NCBI GenBank assembly: GCA_965198175.1
Contig: OZ240245.1
Span: 4,544,001-4,608,000 of the forward strand
Source: Candidatus Poribacteria bacterium
GTDB lineage: Bacteria; Poribacteria; WGA-4E; PCPOR2b
Reading direction: 5' to 3'
DNA length: 64,000 nucleotides
The translations under genes and the position numbers were made by a program. The notes under the pieces were generated by a model. It had not been told where the DNA came from. It made no database searches and worked only from the letters and a program-made list of their open reading frames with translations. This document shows positions 1 through 9,433 of this stretch, in pieces; positions within the stretch are counted from its first letter, which is position 1, and each line of letters opens with the position of its first letter.

Positions 1-235
1 CCGGATAGGCTATAAAACATAGTTGCCATAATTTAAGATATCCTTTACATGCGTAGAACTGCATACGCACCATCGCCATTTTCGTAATTCACCAACGGCA
101 CTACCGGCAAACTCTATCTTGGTTTCATTAAATCTTGGGGATGTTACAGAATGATTACGTTTCCATGTCTTTTTGGATACGTCGATTGCTTTTCGCAGAA
201 CGAGGGTATTTCGTCTAAAGGTTGGTTAAAAAGAA

Positions 236-1297
236 ATGGATATGATTAAACCCCAAATGTTGCGTTGTGGCAGCCGCATTGCCGCGATTTCACTGTCTTG
301 GGGAGGGCCGGGAATATTCCGATACCGCTACGAAGTCGGGAAGCGGCAATTCGAGGAAGAATTTGGCGTAACCGTTATCGAAACCGAGCACGCCCTGCGC
401 GACCCGGACTGGCTTTCCAAGAATCCGAAAGCGCGCGCCGACGATTTGATGGCTGCCTTTGCGGATGATACAATTGATGGAATAATTTCTACGATCGGCG
501 GAGAAGATTCAATCCGCATCCTTCCATACCTGGATTTGGACGTCATTCGGGCTAACCCAAAGATATTCATGGGCTATTCGGATACAACCATATCGCACGC
601 TGCTTGTTTTAAGGCGGGGCTTGTTTCGTTTTACGGTCCCGGGTTAATGACCGGTTTCGCCGAAAATGGGGGCATGTATCCTTATATGGTTGATTCAGTC
701 CGCAAAACTCTATTTTCCGCCGAGCCGATTGGGCTTATCGAACCGAACCAGACGGGATGGACTGTAGAGCATTTGGACTGGTCAGACCCGGCAAATCAGT
801 CGATAAAACGAAAACTGAATCCACCCACAGGTTGGGTATTTCATCAGGATTGCGGCGAGGTAAAAGGGATGTTATTTGGTGGGTGCGTTGAAGTGTTGGA
901 CTGGCTTCGTGGTTCGCCCTATTTGCCGTCGATAGAATCGCTTCGCGGGGCTGTTCTTTTCCTTGAAACATCCGAAGATGCGCCTCCACCATCGCGACTA
1001 ACGGAGTTCATTCGGTCACTCGCAGCGATGGGCGTTCTTGAAAGGCTCGGTGGTATCCTATTCGGGCGACCCGGTGGGCAAATTCAACCAGAAATGTTTC
1101 AAAGTTACGACGACGCGCTTTGCAACACAATCAGGGTAGAATATGGATTGGACGAGTTGCCAATTGTCACCAATATGGACTTTGGACATACAGACTCCGT
1201 GTTTGTCATCCCTTTCGGATTACAGGTTCGTATCAATTCTGTCCAGCGCCAAATCTCAATTGACGAATCTGCTGTCGTAAACCTACAATGTCGCTGA
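236..1297 (+). CDS. S66 family peptidase (LD-carboxypeptidase / microcin C resistance MccF-like)
   Basis: Motifs IGGEDS, GYSDTT (catalytic Ser), LFLETSE (Glu) and DFGHT (His) are typical of peptidase S66. Confidence 0.9.
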   Translation: MDMIKPQMLRCGSRIAAISLSWGGPGIFRYRYEVGKRQFEEEFGVTVIETEHALRDPDWLSKNPKARADDLMAAFADDTIDGIISTIGGEDSIRILPYLDLDVIRANPKIFMGYSDTTISHAACFKAGLVSFYGPGLMTGFAENGGMYPYMVDSVRKTLFSAEPIGLIEPNQTGWTVEHLDWSDPANQSIKRKLNPPTGWVFHQDCGEVKGMLFGGCVEVLDWLRGSPYLPSIESLRGAVLFLETSEDAPPPSRLTEFIRSLAAMGVLERLGGILFGRPGGQIQPEMFQSYDDALCNTIRVEYGLDELPIVTNMDFGHTDSVFVIPFGLQVRINSVQRQISIDESAVVNLQCR

Positions 1298-1322
1298 GGG
1301 CGGTTATCATGCCGTAGCGATA

Positions 1323-1356
1323 AGAAACCGAGTTTTTGGCAAAAACTTCGGTTTCT
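1323..1356. terminator. Palindromic hairpin between convergent genes (REP-like element or bidirectional terminator)
   Basis: AGAAACCGAGTTTTTG-G-CAAAAACTTCGGTTTCT is a near-perfect inverted repeat. Confidence 0.55.
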
Positions 1357-1431
1357 AGATGCTGTACCAGGGCATTCCGTCCCCAGTGAAAGTCAGGCCT
1401 GAATCTGTCTCATGTTCTTCAAGTCATACGC

Positions 1432-3720
1432 TCATCTATTCCCCGAAGTTGCCGCCTCCGGCACATAATCTTTCCCATTCCAAACATACGCCGTTTGACC
1501 GACGAGCAGATCATCCGGTTTGATGCTACCTGCTAGGAGTTCCCTCGCCCGACGGCTTCGCTCACGGTAATTTGCAAGTGCCCGTTCCGCTTCACGTTTG
1601 ACCGCTGCATCTGAACTTAACGCCCAATCTCCCAAGATTTCGGATGATTCCGCCGTGTTGATCTGGTCGAGTGCCGGAATCGCAGCGAGGCGCGTGTCGG
1701 GATCCTCGATTTGGGAGATTAGTGCTGTCCACCGATACAGATGTGGGTAGTGGTTTGGTGCCTCCTGCTTTATTGCATCTAGCAACAAGATCTTGTTGCT
1801 GTAGTCGGAATTCCATAATCTTTCCAAGAAAGCACGCATATTAGGTGTGTCGCAGAGGAGCATCCCTCGAAGCAGCGTGTTCAGGTTGCGGGGATTACCG
1901 AGGTATTTCCGTGGCGGGGTAATTGGGACAAGTCCCCCAAATTTCGCGTTCGCAGACTCGGCTTGGTACGCCTCAATGAGAAAGAGATCTAACGATGGGT
2001 TTGGGTATTTTATAAAATTATACGCTACATTGTGCAGATAGGACGGATGGCGCAGGGCAATGTCCCGGACATAACGGTACACGCGTTCTGAATTTATGCG
2101 GGTTAACAAATTAAATTTGTCGAATTCAGGGAGAGGTACTGTTTCAGCTATCCACTCGGCGAGTGAATCAACCTCCGTCGCCGTCAGGGGACGTTCCAAA
2201 CGCGTATTGATGAAACTTCGTAAATAGTGCTCTGATGTCTCCGGGTCGTCCTGCGCTTGTTTAAGCACAAAACGGCGCAGATCTGGTTCTAGCATTGAAT
2301 TTCGCAACTCAGTCACAAGGTTCACTGCTCCCCACCGATTTACGCTCTTCATCGAAGGACTAATGAATATTACAACTGGATTGGAGTGAACGAAGTCGTT
2401 GAGATACTGCCGAACTAGTCTCAGGGCTTCCGGATGCGAATAGCTGCCGACCATGTTTAGAAATCGCTCGCCTCGTCGCGATTCGTAAACGAGTCTTTTG
2501 AACAATGCCGGTGGGGAGCTTTTCAACACAGCGTATTCCAAGAGCCTAAATTCCAACGGTACCCGATGTGTCACGCCCCCATACACCGATTCTCCCCACG
2601 TGCCCCCAAGGCCAAGAGGGATCTGTGAATACATTATCTTAGGAAGACGTTCAAGGAAACTGGTTTCAATGAGTTCCATGTTGTGCGGTCTCATTAAGTC
2701 CATCACCATGGTCTCTGGTGATAGTGTGTGAAATGCGGCCTCATTTCTTACTTGCGACATTACCTTGTCCAAAACCAATTCCCAGTCCTCAGCGGGCATT
2801 CCTTCGCGGATGCCAAACTCCGTCTTGACCGCCATCTCAAGTGCCCGCATCACCCGTGAATCCCGGCGACCTATTTCATATAAATGCTCAAAAAGCATCC
2901 CAGAGGAACTGCCAACATGCGTCCTCCATTCCACGGAGGGTCGGTAGTTTGAGTGCTTCAAATCATGTAGCAGATGCCTCAGATGCGGTTGAACGGACGG
3001 ATACTGTAAATGTGGGCGGGCCCATAATTTGAGAGGACGTTTATCGCTATAAGAATGCGAATCCATATTCTGGATCGACGCAAACCCTGTGCAGCCATCC
3101 CTCTCGAAACGCCACCAGTAACCGGATGCAACAGCATCGTCGTAGCTAGAGAACCCCGGCTGGTCGAAATAATTGTAAGGCGTATAGAACCACCGGAGTT
3201 GTGTGTTCGCTATTTCGTAGCCATGCTTTTTGATATCTTGAAGGAACCCCTCCCCAATAACCATCCTCTGACGGGGCGGAGTGTTCCACGGCTTCACTTT
3301 GCGATGAAATTCCGTATCCGAAATCTCAAGGAGCGTTTGGCCCAGATACACATCGTTGCAATACACCTTAACTCCTGATTCGAGTCGTATTCCAAGCTGA
3401 CGCGGTCCCGATTCACTGCTTTTTTGGAGAATCGGGATGTAGATGCCCAGGGCAATTACAGTAAGCACCAAGGTTATACTCGCTAACAATAAACGACCTT
3501 TCCAGAGTACCAAGATGAAACTCGTCACATAGAGCCCTATCGCTAGCGCAAAGACTAGTAAGCTCAACCAATTTTCGAGATTGAACAGTAATCCAATGCC
3601 TATCCGCTGGTCGAGCAGTATCAACTGCAGGGGAGTCAGTAGCAAAAGTAAGAGGATTACGAATGCCATCCCATTCAGAACCCACCGATTTGCCCGATTG
3701 ATATTCTTCATTATATTCAC
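1432..3720 (-). CDS. Large membrane-anchored protein (about 3 N-terminal TM helices, PEGA-like motif, C-terminal HEAT-like repeats); paralog of 4538-6697
   Basis: Hydrophobic N-terminus; GVKVYCNDVYLGQT; C-terminal DTRLAAIPAL...AVKREAERAL; RBS GGAGG upstream. Confidence 0.8.
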   Translation of the reverse strand: MNIMKNINRANRWVLNGMAFVILLLLLLTPLQLILLDQRIGIGLLFNLENWLSLLVFALAIGLYVTSFILVLWKGRLLLASITLVLTVIALGIYIPILQKSSESGPRQLGIRLESGVKVYCNDVYLGQTLLEISDTEFHRKVKPWNTPPRQRMVIGEGFLQDIKKHGYEIANTQLRWFYTPYNYFDQPGFSSYDDAVASGYWWRFERDGCTGFASIQNMDSHSYSDKRPLKLWARPHLQYPSVQPHLRHLLHDLKHSNYRPSVEWRTHVGSSSGMLFEHLYEIGRRDSRVMRALEMAVKTEFGIREGMPAEDWELVLDKVMSQVRNEAAFHTLSPETMVMDLMRPHNMELIETSFLERLPKIMYSQIPLGLGGTWGESVYGGVTHRVPLEFRLLEYAVLKSSPPALFKRLVYESRRGERFLNMVGSYSHPEALRLVRQYLNDFVHSNPVVIFISPSMKSVNRWGAVNLVTELRNSMLEPDLRRFVLKQAQDDPETSEHYLRSFINTRLERPLTATEVDSLAEWIAETVPLPEFDKFNLLTRINSERVYRYVRDIALRHPSYLHNVAYNFIKYPNPSLDLFLIEAYQAESANAKFGGLVPITPPRKYLGNPRNLNTLLRGMLLCDTPNMRAFLERLWNSDYSNKILLLDAIKQEAPNHYPHLYRWTALISQIEDPDTRLAAIPALDQINTAESSEILGDWALSSDAAVKREAERALANYRERSRRARELLAGSIKPDDLLVGQTAYVWNGKDYVPEAATSGNR

Positions 3721-3730
3721 CTCCGAATAG

Positions 3731-4381
3731 CTAAGCCTCTATTTCCAAGTGACGGTAACAGTGGAGCGATGCCAACGTTCCCAATATTGTCACAAGCGCA
3801 GTGTAGACGACCATTACTTGATCTCGGAACCCGATCACATCCAGTGTATTCAAAGATTGCAGACACAGCATGACGACCAGCCCTGTTCCGAGGAGATTTC
3901 GCCACGTTCGTGGACGGGTGCTAACAATGCACAGGCGCAGTTTCAGGAATATCGCAATCTGGTAACTCAAGATTGAATACAGCGCTATTGAACTCAGTAC
4001 TGACAGTTCATACCATTTGACTAACGGCTGGTACGGCGAATTCATCAGCATCTGTATGCCGCTTCGCAACCCGCTGGCAATTATGACGAATACGGCGACA
4101 CCTGTCAGCAACTGAAGCGAAATCCCGAACGCCCAGCGCGTCAGGAACAACCGCACGCGCGATAGCGGACGTGAGAAGATGAACGCACCAGTTCCGGTAG
4201 CATCATTGAAAAGCATCCAAGCGACTACCATACCCTGTAGACAGGCTATTAGGTGTACTTTCCCATCATCGCTACCCAACGGCGTTTTCTGAAAGAGAAC
4301 GTACCCCAAAGCAAGTAACAAAAAAGGCGAATAGTAAGGCAAGACTTTTCGCACGTCAATTTTTAGTATTTCGGTGGACAT
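3731..4381 (-). CDS. ABC-2-type permease-like membrane protein (copy 2)
   Basis: Multiple TM segments; FIFSRPLSRVRLFLTRW permease signature; start refined to MSTEILK after an AGGAGGAG RBS. Confidence 0.8.
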   Translation of the reverse strand: MSTEILKIDVRKVLPYYSPFLLLALGYVLFQKTPLGSDDGKVHLIACLQGMVVAWMLFNDATGTGAFIFSRPLSRVRLFLTRWAFGISLQLLTGVAVFVIIASGLRSGIQMLMNSPYQPLVKWYELSVLSSIALYSILSYQIAIFLKLRLCIVSTRPRTWRNLLGTGLVVMLCLQSLNTLDVIGFRDQVMVVYTALVTILGTLASLHCYRHLEIEA

Positions 4382-4537
4382 ATATCTCCTCCTTTGGAAC
4401 TTGATTGAAAAGCAGCTAGCATAACCACTTCTTGGCGTAATGAGGGTCAAAATCATCGGATCTGCAAGGTATTTTCCCCAGAATGGTCTCCATCGAAGAC
4501 AGATTCGGACTTTTCAAACAGGCGCTGAGTGATGACG

Positions 4538-6697
4538 TTATCTATCCTCCGAAGTTTCTACCTCCGGCACATAATCCTTCCCATTCCATACATACGCCGT
4601 TTGACCGTCGAGCAGATCATCCGGTTTGATGTTGCCCACTAAGAGCTCCTTCGCTCGACGACTTCGCTCACGGTAATTTGCAAGTGCCCGTTCCGCCTCA
4701 CGTTTGACAGCCGTATCTGAATTTAACGCCCAATCCCCCAAGATTTTCGACGACTCTGGCGTATCGATTAAGTCGAATACAGGAATTGCAGCGAGGCGTA
4801 TTTCGGCGTCCTCGATTTGCGAGATAAGTACAGTCCACCAATGTAGCTGTCGATATTGATTTGGTTCGCCTTGCTTCATAGCCGATAACAGAGAAATTTT
4901 GTTGCTGTCGTTGGCATTCCACATTTTCTCCAAGAATGCATTCATACACGGCGTGTCGCAGAGTACCATTGCGCGCAGTAGGTTGGGTGGGGCGTCAATC
5001 GGGGTAACTCCCGACGCGGTCTGATATGTTTCAATAAGAAAGCGATCCAAGACTGGGTTTGGGTTATCCACAAGCGATTTTATAACCTCACTTTGATATG
5101 ACGGATAACGGCGGACGATATCACAGACATATCGGTGCGTACGGGTTGAACTTAGACGAACCAAGAAATTCAGTTTTTCGTCTTCAGGAAGCGGGATCGC
5201 TTCAGCCACCCACTCGGCAAGTGAATCAGCCTCTCCTTCCGTGAGAGGGCGCTTCAACCTCGCATCAATGAACATCCGGAGATCGCGTTCAAACTCATTA
5301 GGATTTGCTTTCGCGAAATTTAGAACAAAATCACGTAGTTCTTGTTCAATCAGCGGATTCTGCAACTGCACAGCAATGCTCAGCGCTCTAGACTGGCGCA
5401 ACCTGTGGTCAATAGCATTGCTGAAGTACGCCACTTGCTCATCGACTTCGACATTGTCGAAATACCGTCGGACAAGCCGCAGGGCTTCCGGGCGCGAATA
5501 GTTGCCGGTCATGACCAGAAACTGCCCCTCATTTCGAGATTCGTAAACGAAGCGCTTGAACGGCGACGATGGCTGACTCTTCAACGCGGCGTACTCCCAC
5601 GTACTTGGGGAGAGTCGTTCGAAAAAATGGGTTTCAATCAATTTTGTGTTGCCTTGTACGATCAAGTCCATCGCCATGGACTCTAGTGAGGGCGTCCGAA
5701 ACGTATGTCGCTGCCTAACTCTTAACATCACCTTGTCCAAGACCTCCTTCCACTCGTGCGCGTGCATTCCCTCGTGGATGCCGAACTCCGCACGAACTAC
5801 TGTGTCAAGCGCTCGCATCACCCGTGAATCGCGTTGACCCGCCTCGTACAGATGTTGGAAAAGTAGACCTGAAGATTCGGCGACGTGCCTTTTCCATTCG
5901 AGGGAAGGCTGATAGTTCGACCGTACCAAGTCGTGCAGCAGATGTTTCAGATACGGATCGATGGAGGGGAATTGCAACGCTGGGGATGACCAGATACTAA
6001 AATATTGTCTGAAGCTATGAGCAAACCAGACCATATCCCCAATTTTGGCGAACCCTGTGCAGCCGTCCCTTTCGAAACGCCACCAGTACCCGGATTTCAC
6101 CGCATCATCATAACTGTAGGACGTCGGACGACTGAATTCGTAAGGATGGTCGAAATAGTCGTACGGAATGCAGAACCATCCTAGTTCCGATTCGAAACCG
6201 TTCGATTTCACCTTCTCAATTAGGTTCTCTCCAATAACCATCTTTTGACGGGGCGGTGTATCCCACGGTTTCACCTTCTCGTGAAATTCTGATTCCGATA
6301 ACTGAAGCGGTGTTTTGCCTAGATACACATCGTTGCAGTAAACGTCAACTCCAGCTACACCTTCCAATAATTCGAGTTGACGCGGCAAATCTGCGCCTCT
6401 TTCTAGACGCACCCAGAACGAGCCTGCGAGCACACAAAAACTTAAGAACGCCGTAAAAACCGCTAGGCGCAGACGGCCTTTCCAAAGAATTAAGATGATT
6501 GTTGTTAAATAGAGTGTTATGATGACGACAGCAAACGATAAACCCATCCAATGTCCGCCATTAATTAGCGACATAATGTAACTCGGTTTGATGACCAGAT
6601 TCAATTCTGGATGTAGTAGCACTGGTAAAAAGATGACAAACGCCGCCACATTCAGGACCCACCGATTTGCTCGATTGTCATTTCTCATTTTACTCAT
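4538..6697 (-). CDS. Large membrane-anchored protein with PEGA-like motif and HEAT-like C-terminus; paralog of 1432-3720
   Basis: GVDVYCNDVYLGKTPL; blocks shared with the paralog (SGYWWRFERDGCTGFA, IKPDDLLxGQTAYVWNGKDYVPE). Confidence 0.8.
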   Translation of the reverse strand: MSKMRNDNRANRWVLNVAAFVIFLPVLLHPELNLVIKPSYIMSLINGGHWMGLSFAVVIITLYLTTIILILWKGRLRLAVFTAFLSFCVLAGSFWVRLERGADLPRQLELLEGVAGVDVYCNDVYLGKTPLQLSESEFHEKVKPWDTPPRQKMVIGENLIEKVKSNGFESELGWFCIPYDYFDHPYEFSRPTSYSYDDAVKSGYWWRFERDGCTGFAKIGDMVWFAHSFRQYFSIWSSPALQFPSIDPYLKHLLHDLVRSNYQPSLEWKRHVAESSGLLFQHLYEAGQRDSRVMRALDTVVRAEFGIHEGMHAHEWKEVLDKVMLRVRQRHTFRTPSLESMAMDLIVQGNTKLIETHFFERLSPSTWEYAALKSQPSSPFKRFVYESRNEGQFLVMTGNYSRPEALRLVRRYFDNVEVDEQVAYFSNAIDHRLRQSRALSIAVQLQNPLIEQELRDFVLNFAKANPNEFERDLRMFIDARLKRPLTEGEADSLAEWVAEAIPLPEDEKLNFLVRLSSTRTHRYVCDIVRRYPSYQSEVIKSLVDNPNPVLDRFLIETYQTASGVTPIDAPPNLLRAMVLCDTPCMNAFLEKMWNANDSNKISLLSAMKQGEPNQYRQLHWWTVLISQIEDAEIRLAAIPVFDLIDTPESSKILGDWALNSDTAVKREAERALANYRERSRRAKELLVGNIKPDDLLDGQTAYVWNGKDYVPEVETSEDR

Positions 6698-6708
6698 CTC
6701 AGCACGGC

Positions 6709-7434
6709 TTAAGACTCAATCTCTAGGTTTTGATAACAGTGGAGCGATGCCAATGTTCCCACGATTGTCACCAGCACAACGTAAATCAGTTGATTGTGAA
6801 TCGGTCCCGAGATCGTAAAGAAACGCGCTAACACTAACTTTGTCATTAGCGCCAAGGACATCATCTGATAGGCTATTGGCCCAATGTTTGAAAAGAGACC
6901 TATTAAAATCATCCCGATTAGCACGCAGATTAACACAATCCAGATGAAATCGCGCCACGTTGGTGGACGCGCACTCACAACACGATGGCGCAGTTTTAGG
7001 AACATGACAATTTCGTAGCTCAAAATTGAATACAGTGCAATTGAACCCAGTACAGACAGTTCATACCATTTGACCATCGGCTGATAAGGCGAGTTCATCA
7101 GCATCTGGATTCCACCTCGTAACCCGCTGGCAACCGTGAGGAATACCACGACAATCGTCAGCAACTGAAACGAAATCCCGAACGCCCAGCGTGTGAGGAA
7201 CATCCGCACCCGCGATAATGGGCGCGAGAAGACAAACGCGCCGATTCCTGCAGCATCGTTGAATAGCACCCAAGCGATGACCATGCCCTGTAGACAGGCT
7301 ATCATGTTCACTTTCCAATCGGCACTCGCTAACGGCGTTTCCTGAAAGAGAACGTACCCAACGGTTAGTAACAGAATGGGTGCATAATAAGGCAAGACTT
7401 TCCGCGCGTCCATTTTTAGTATTTCGATGGACAT
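6709..7434 (-). CDS. ABC-2-type permease-like membrane protein (copy 1)
   Basis: FVFSRPLSRVRMFLTRW; paralog of 3731-4381; start refined to MSIEILK. Confidence 0.8.
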   Translation of the reverse strand: MSIEILKMDARKVLPYYAPILLLTVGYVLFQETPLASADWKVNMIACLQGMVIAWVLFNDAAGIGAFVFSRPLSRVRMFLTRWAFGISFQLLTIVVVFLTVASGLRGGIQMLMNSPYQPMVKWYELSVLGSIALYSILSYEIVMFLKLRHRVVSARPPTWRDFIWIVLICVLIGMILIGLFSNIGPIAYQMMSLALMTKLVLARFFTISGPIHNQLIYVVLVTIVGTLASLHCYQNLEIES

Positions 7435-7562
7435 ATACTTCTCTCGTTGATTTATCTGAGGGCGATACATAATGGATTCCTGAATTAGTGAAGGTTTGGC
7501 TTTCCAACTTTTCCGTGGAGGCAACCTCCTCCAAACTAAGTGATGGGGTGTTTTGATTTGCG

Positions 7563-8480
7563 CTATTGGCGATTCAGACGATTTCTGTTCCCTTTTGTAC
7601 CGACGAGCCTCACAAATAGGTCTTCCAGGTTGAAACCGTGAACCTGAGCTGTCTCGCTCAAGCCGCATTGCTGGCAGAGTGCTCGAAAACGCGCTTCGTC
7701 AAAGTTACGGACGATGACAACCGTCCCCTGTTCATCTGACGTATATTGTAGAATCTCGAAGTGACAATCAAGCGATTTACGGGGTATGGCGTCCGGCAGG
7801 TGGAGTTCTCGGACCTCCGTTTTCAGATCATCGAGCGTACCCGACAGATGCAACTGACCGCGATGGAGAATCACCAGCCGGTCAACGATACGTTCTAGGT
7901 CACTCAAAAGATGCGACGATAGAAAAACGGTTCGTCGTCCATCGTACACCCGCTCAAGAATGAGATCCAAGAATTTGTGCCGTGCAACCACATCTAGGCC
8001 CGCGGCGGGTTCATCAAGGATTACGACATCGGCGTTCTGACAAATCGCAAGTAGTAGACAGAGCCGACGTTTTTCGCCTTTCGAGAACGAATGATACTTT
8101 TTCCATCGGCGTAGATTGAGTTCGTAAAGCAGATGTTCCGCGAGCGCGCTGTCCCATCCTGCATAAAGCGACGCGTTGAGTTGTATGGCGTGCTTCGGCG
8201 TCATCCAGCCCGGCAGGTGCATGTTGTCCGAAACATAAGCCACACGACGCCGTTCGGCTTCGGTATGTTTCCACGGATTCGTACCGAGTAGCTTGACCTC
8301 TCCTTCGGTGGGATGCAGATGCCCCATAATCATCCGTACCGCCGTTGTTTTTCCGGCGCCGTTGACGCCCAAGAATCCGAAGACTGAGCCCTGCGGCACC
8401 GTCAAATTTAGTGAGTCCACTGCTTTTTCGCGCTCGAAAACCTTTGTGATATTGTGTGTTTGAATGACGTTCTCGCTCAT
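7563..8480 (-). CDS. ABC transporter ATP-binding protein (YtrB-like)
   Basis: Walker A GVNGAGKTT, signature FSKGEK, Walker B ILDEP, H-loop SSH. Confidence 0.95.
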   Translation of the reverse strand: MSENVIQTHNITKVFEREKAVDSLNLTVPQGSVFGFLGVNGAGKTTAVRMIMGHLHPTEGEVKLLGTNPWKHTEAERRRVAYVSDNMHLPGWMTPKHAIQLNASLYAGWDSALAEHLLYELNLRRWKKYHSFSKGEKRRLCLLLAICQNADVVILDEPAAGLDVVARHKFLDLILERVYDGRRTVFLSSHLLSDLERIVDRLVILHRGQLHLSGTLDDLKTEVRELHLPDAIPRKSLDCHFEILQYTSDEQGTVVIVRNFDEARFRALCQQCGLSETAQVHGFNLEDLFVRLVGTKGNRNRLNRQ

Positions 8481-8866
8481 TGCTCCCCTTTCTGGATGCT
8501 TCGATACTCCGCATCAATAATCAGGTCAATCTGCTCGCGGGTCAGCCCAAACCGCAGCCCTTCAACCAGCATTTTCCGGGCATACTCCGAAACGATTCGG
8601 TGAATCTCTTCACTCGCAAGCGAGACCACTTTCGGGGCGACGAACGCACCCTGACCTTGACGCAGTACGAGCACACCCTCATGTGCCAACTCGTTGTAGA
8701 TTTTCGCCGCGGTAGTTGGATTAATCTTCAGCATTTTCGCCAACTCGCGGATAGAAGGCATGCGCTCTCCGGGCTTTAACCCACCATTGACGACGGTGAG
8801 CTTTATCTGCTCAATGACCTGCTGATAAATCGGTTGGCTGCTGTTGTAATCAATGTGGAAAAACAT
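8477..8866 (-). CDS. GntR family regulator, YtrA subfamily
   Basis: PIYQQVIEQIK...PGERMPSIRELA...INPTTAAKIYNEL...RQGQGAFV with a short C-terminus; 4-nt overlap with the ABC ATPase; start refined to MFFHID after GAGGT. Confidence 0.92.
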   Translation of the reverse strand: MFFHIDYNSSQPIYQQVIEQIKLTVVNGGLKPGERMPSIRELAKMLKINPTTAAKIYNELAHEGVLVLRQGQGAFVAPKVVSLASEEIHRIVSEYARKMLVEGLRFGLTREQIDLIIDAEYRSIQKGEQ

Positions 8867-8875
8867 CGGCACCTC

Positions 8876-8920
8876 GACTGTATGGACTGTATGGACTGTA
8901 TGGACTGTATGGACTGTATG
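8876..8920. repeat. Tandem repeat (GACTGTATG)x5
   Basis: Five perfect 9-bp copies read directly, lying in the 5' leader of the GntR gene. Confidence 0.95.
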
Positions 8921-8952
8921 ATAATATATCATACAGTTTTCCCATGTGTCAA
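8913..8952 (-). promoter_or_regulatory. Sigma70-type promoter overlapped by a YtrA-type operator palindrome
   Basis: Minus strand TTGACA (8947-8952), 18-bp spacer, TGaTATATT extended -10; palindrome ACTGTATGATA-ATA-TATCATACAGT at 8913-8937 (ACTGTA-N13-TACAGT). Confidence 0.75.
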
Positions 8953-9101
8953 GGAAATACGAAAAAAAAATGAATTTCAGTTCCATTTGCACCAATCCTG
9001 TGATATACTGACGTTGTATTGATAACCTACGATTATTCACTAGCAGGTCTTCTAAACCACGTCTATATTGGAAACCCGATCAATCAAACGATAGATGAAA
9101 A

Positions 9102-9425
9102 GTGAAGAAAAAAGCCCCAAGAAATCGTACACTGACCTGCAGTGAGGCGGAAATCAACCGCCTACCAACCGCTATCTTCCAAATTGAACGTCCCGTCAAT
9201 GAGAAGGAAGTTACAGAAAAACTCGTCGGCGCGAATACTCTTGAAGTTGCTCAAAATCCCCCAAATGCGCTTTTTAGTCTACTTGTCCTCGACCCATCTT
9301 ACAAACCCACCCTGAAGCCAGATGCAACGATTTACGTCTGTTCAGACGAAGAGATGAATTTACTTGGACAATCCTTAGGCAATGAGGTGCTAGCTTGTCC
9401 CATTATCCTGCATGTCATTCGATGA
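9102..9425 (+). pseudogene. Degenerate N-terminal fragment of an amino (N6A/N4C) DNA methyltransferase
   Basis: KKAPRNRTLT...LLVLDPSY (eroded DPPY)...LKPDATIYVCSD; too short, no SAM-binding motif. Confidence 0.55.
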
Positions 9426-9433
9426 GGAAAAAC

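Noticed and set aside
7435..7668. Long N-terminal extension of the 319-aa permease ORF
   Set aside because: It overlaps the ATPase gene, and the paralog shows the start is MSIEILK
8876..8920. Possible CRISPR array
   Set aside because: 9-bp units with no spacers and no cas genes in the window
8867..9040. N-terminal extension of the GntR ORF with (HTV)n repeats
   Set aside because: It is the translation of the 9-bp repeat and promoter; the RBS and family length support a start at 8866
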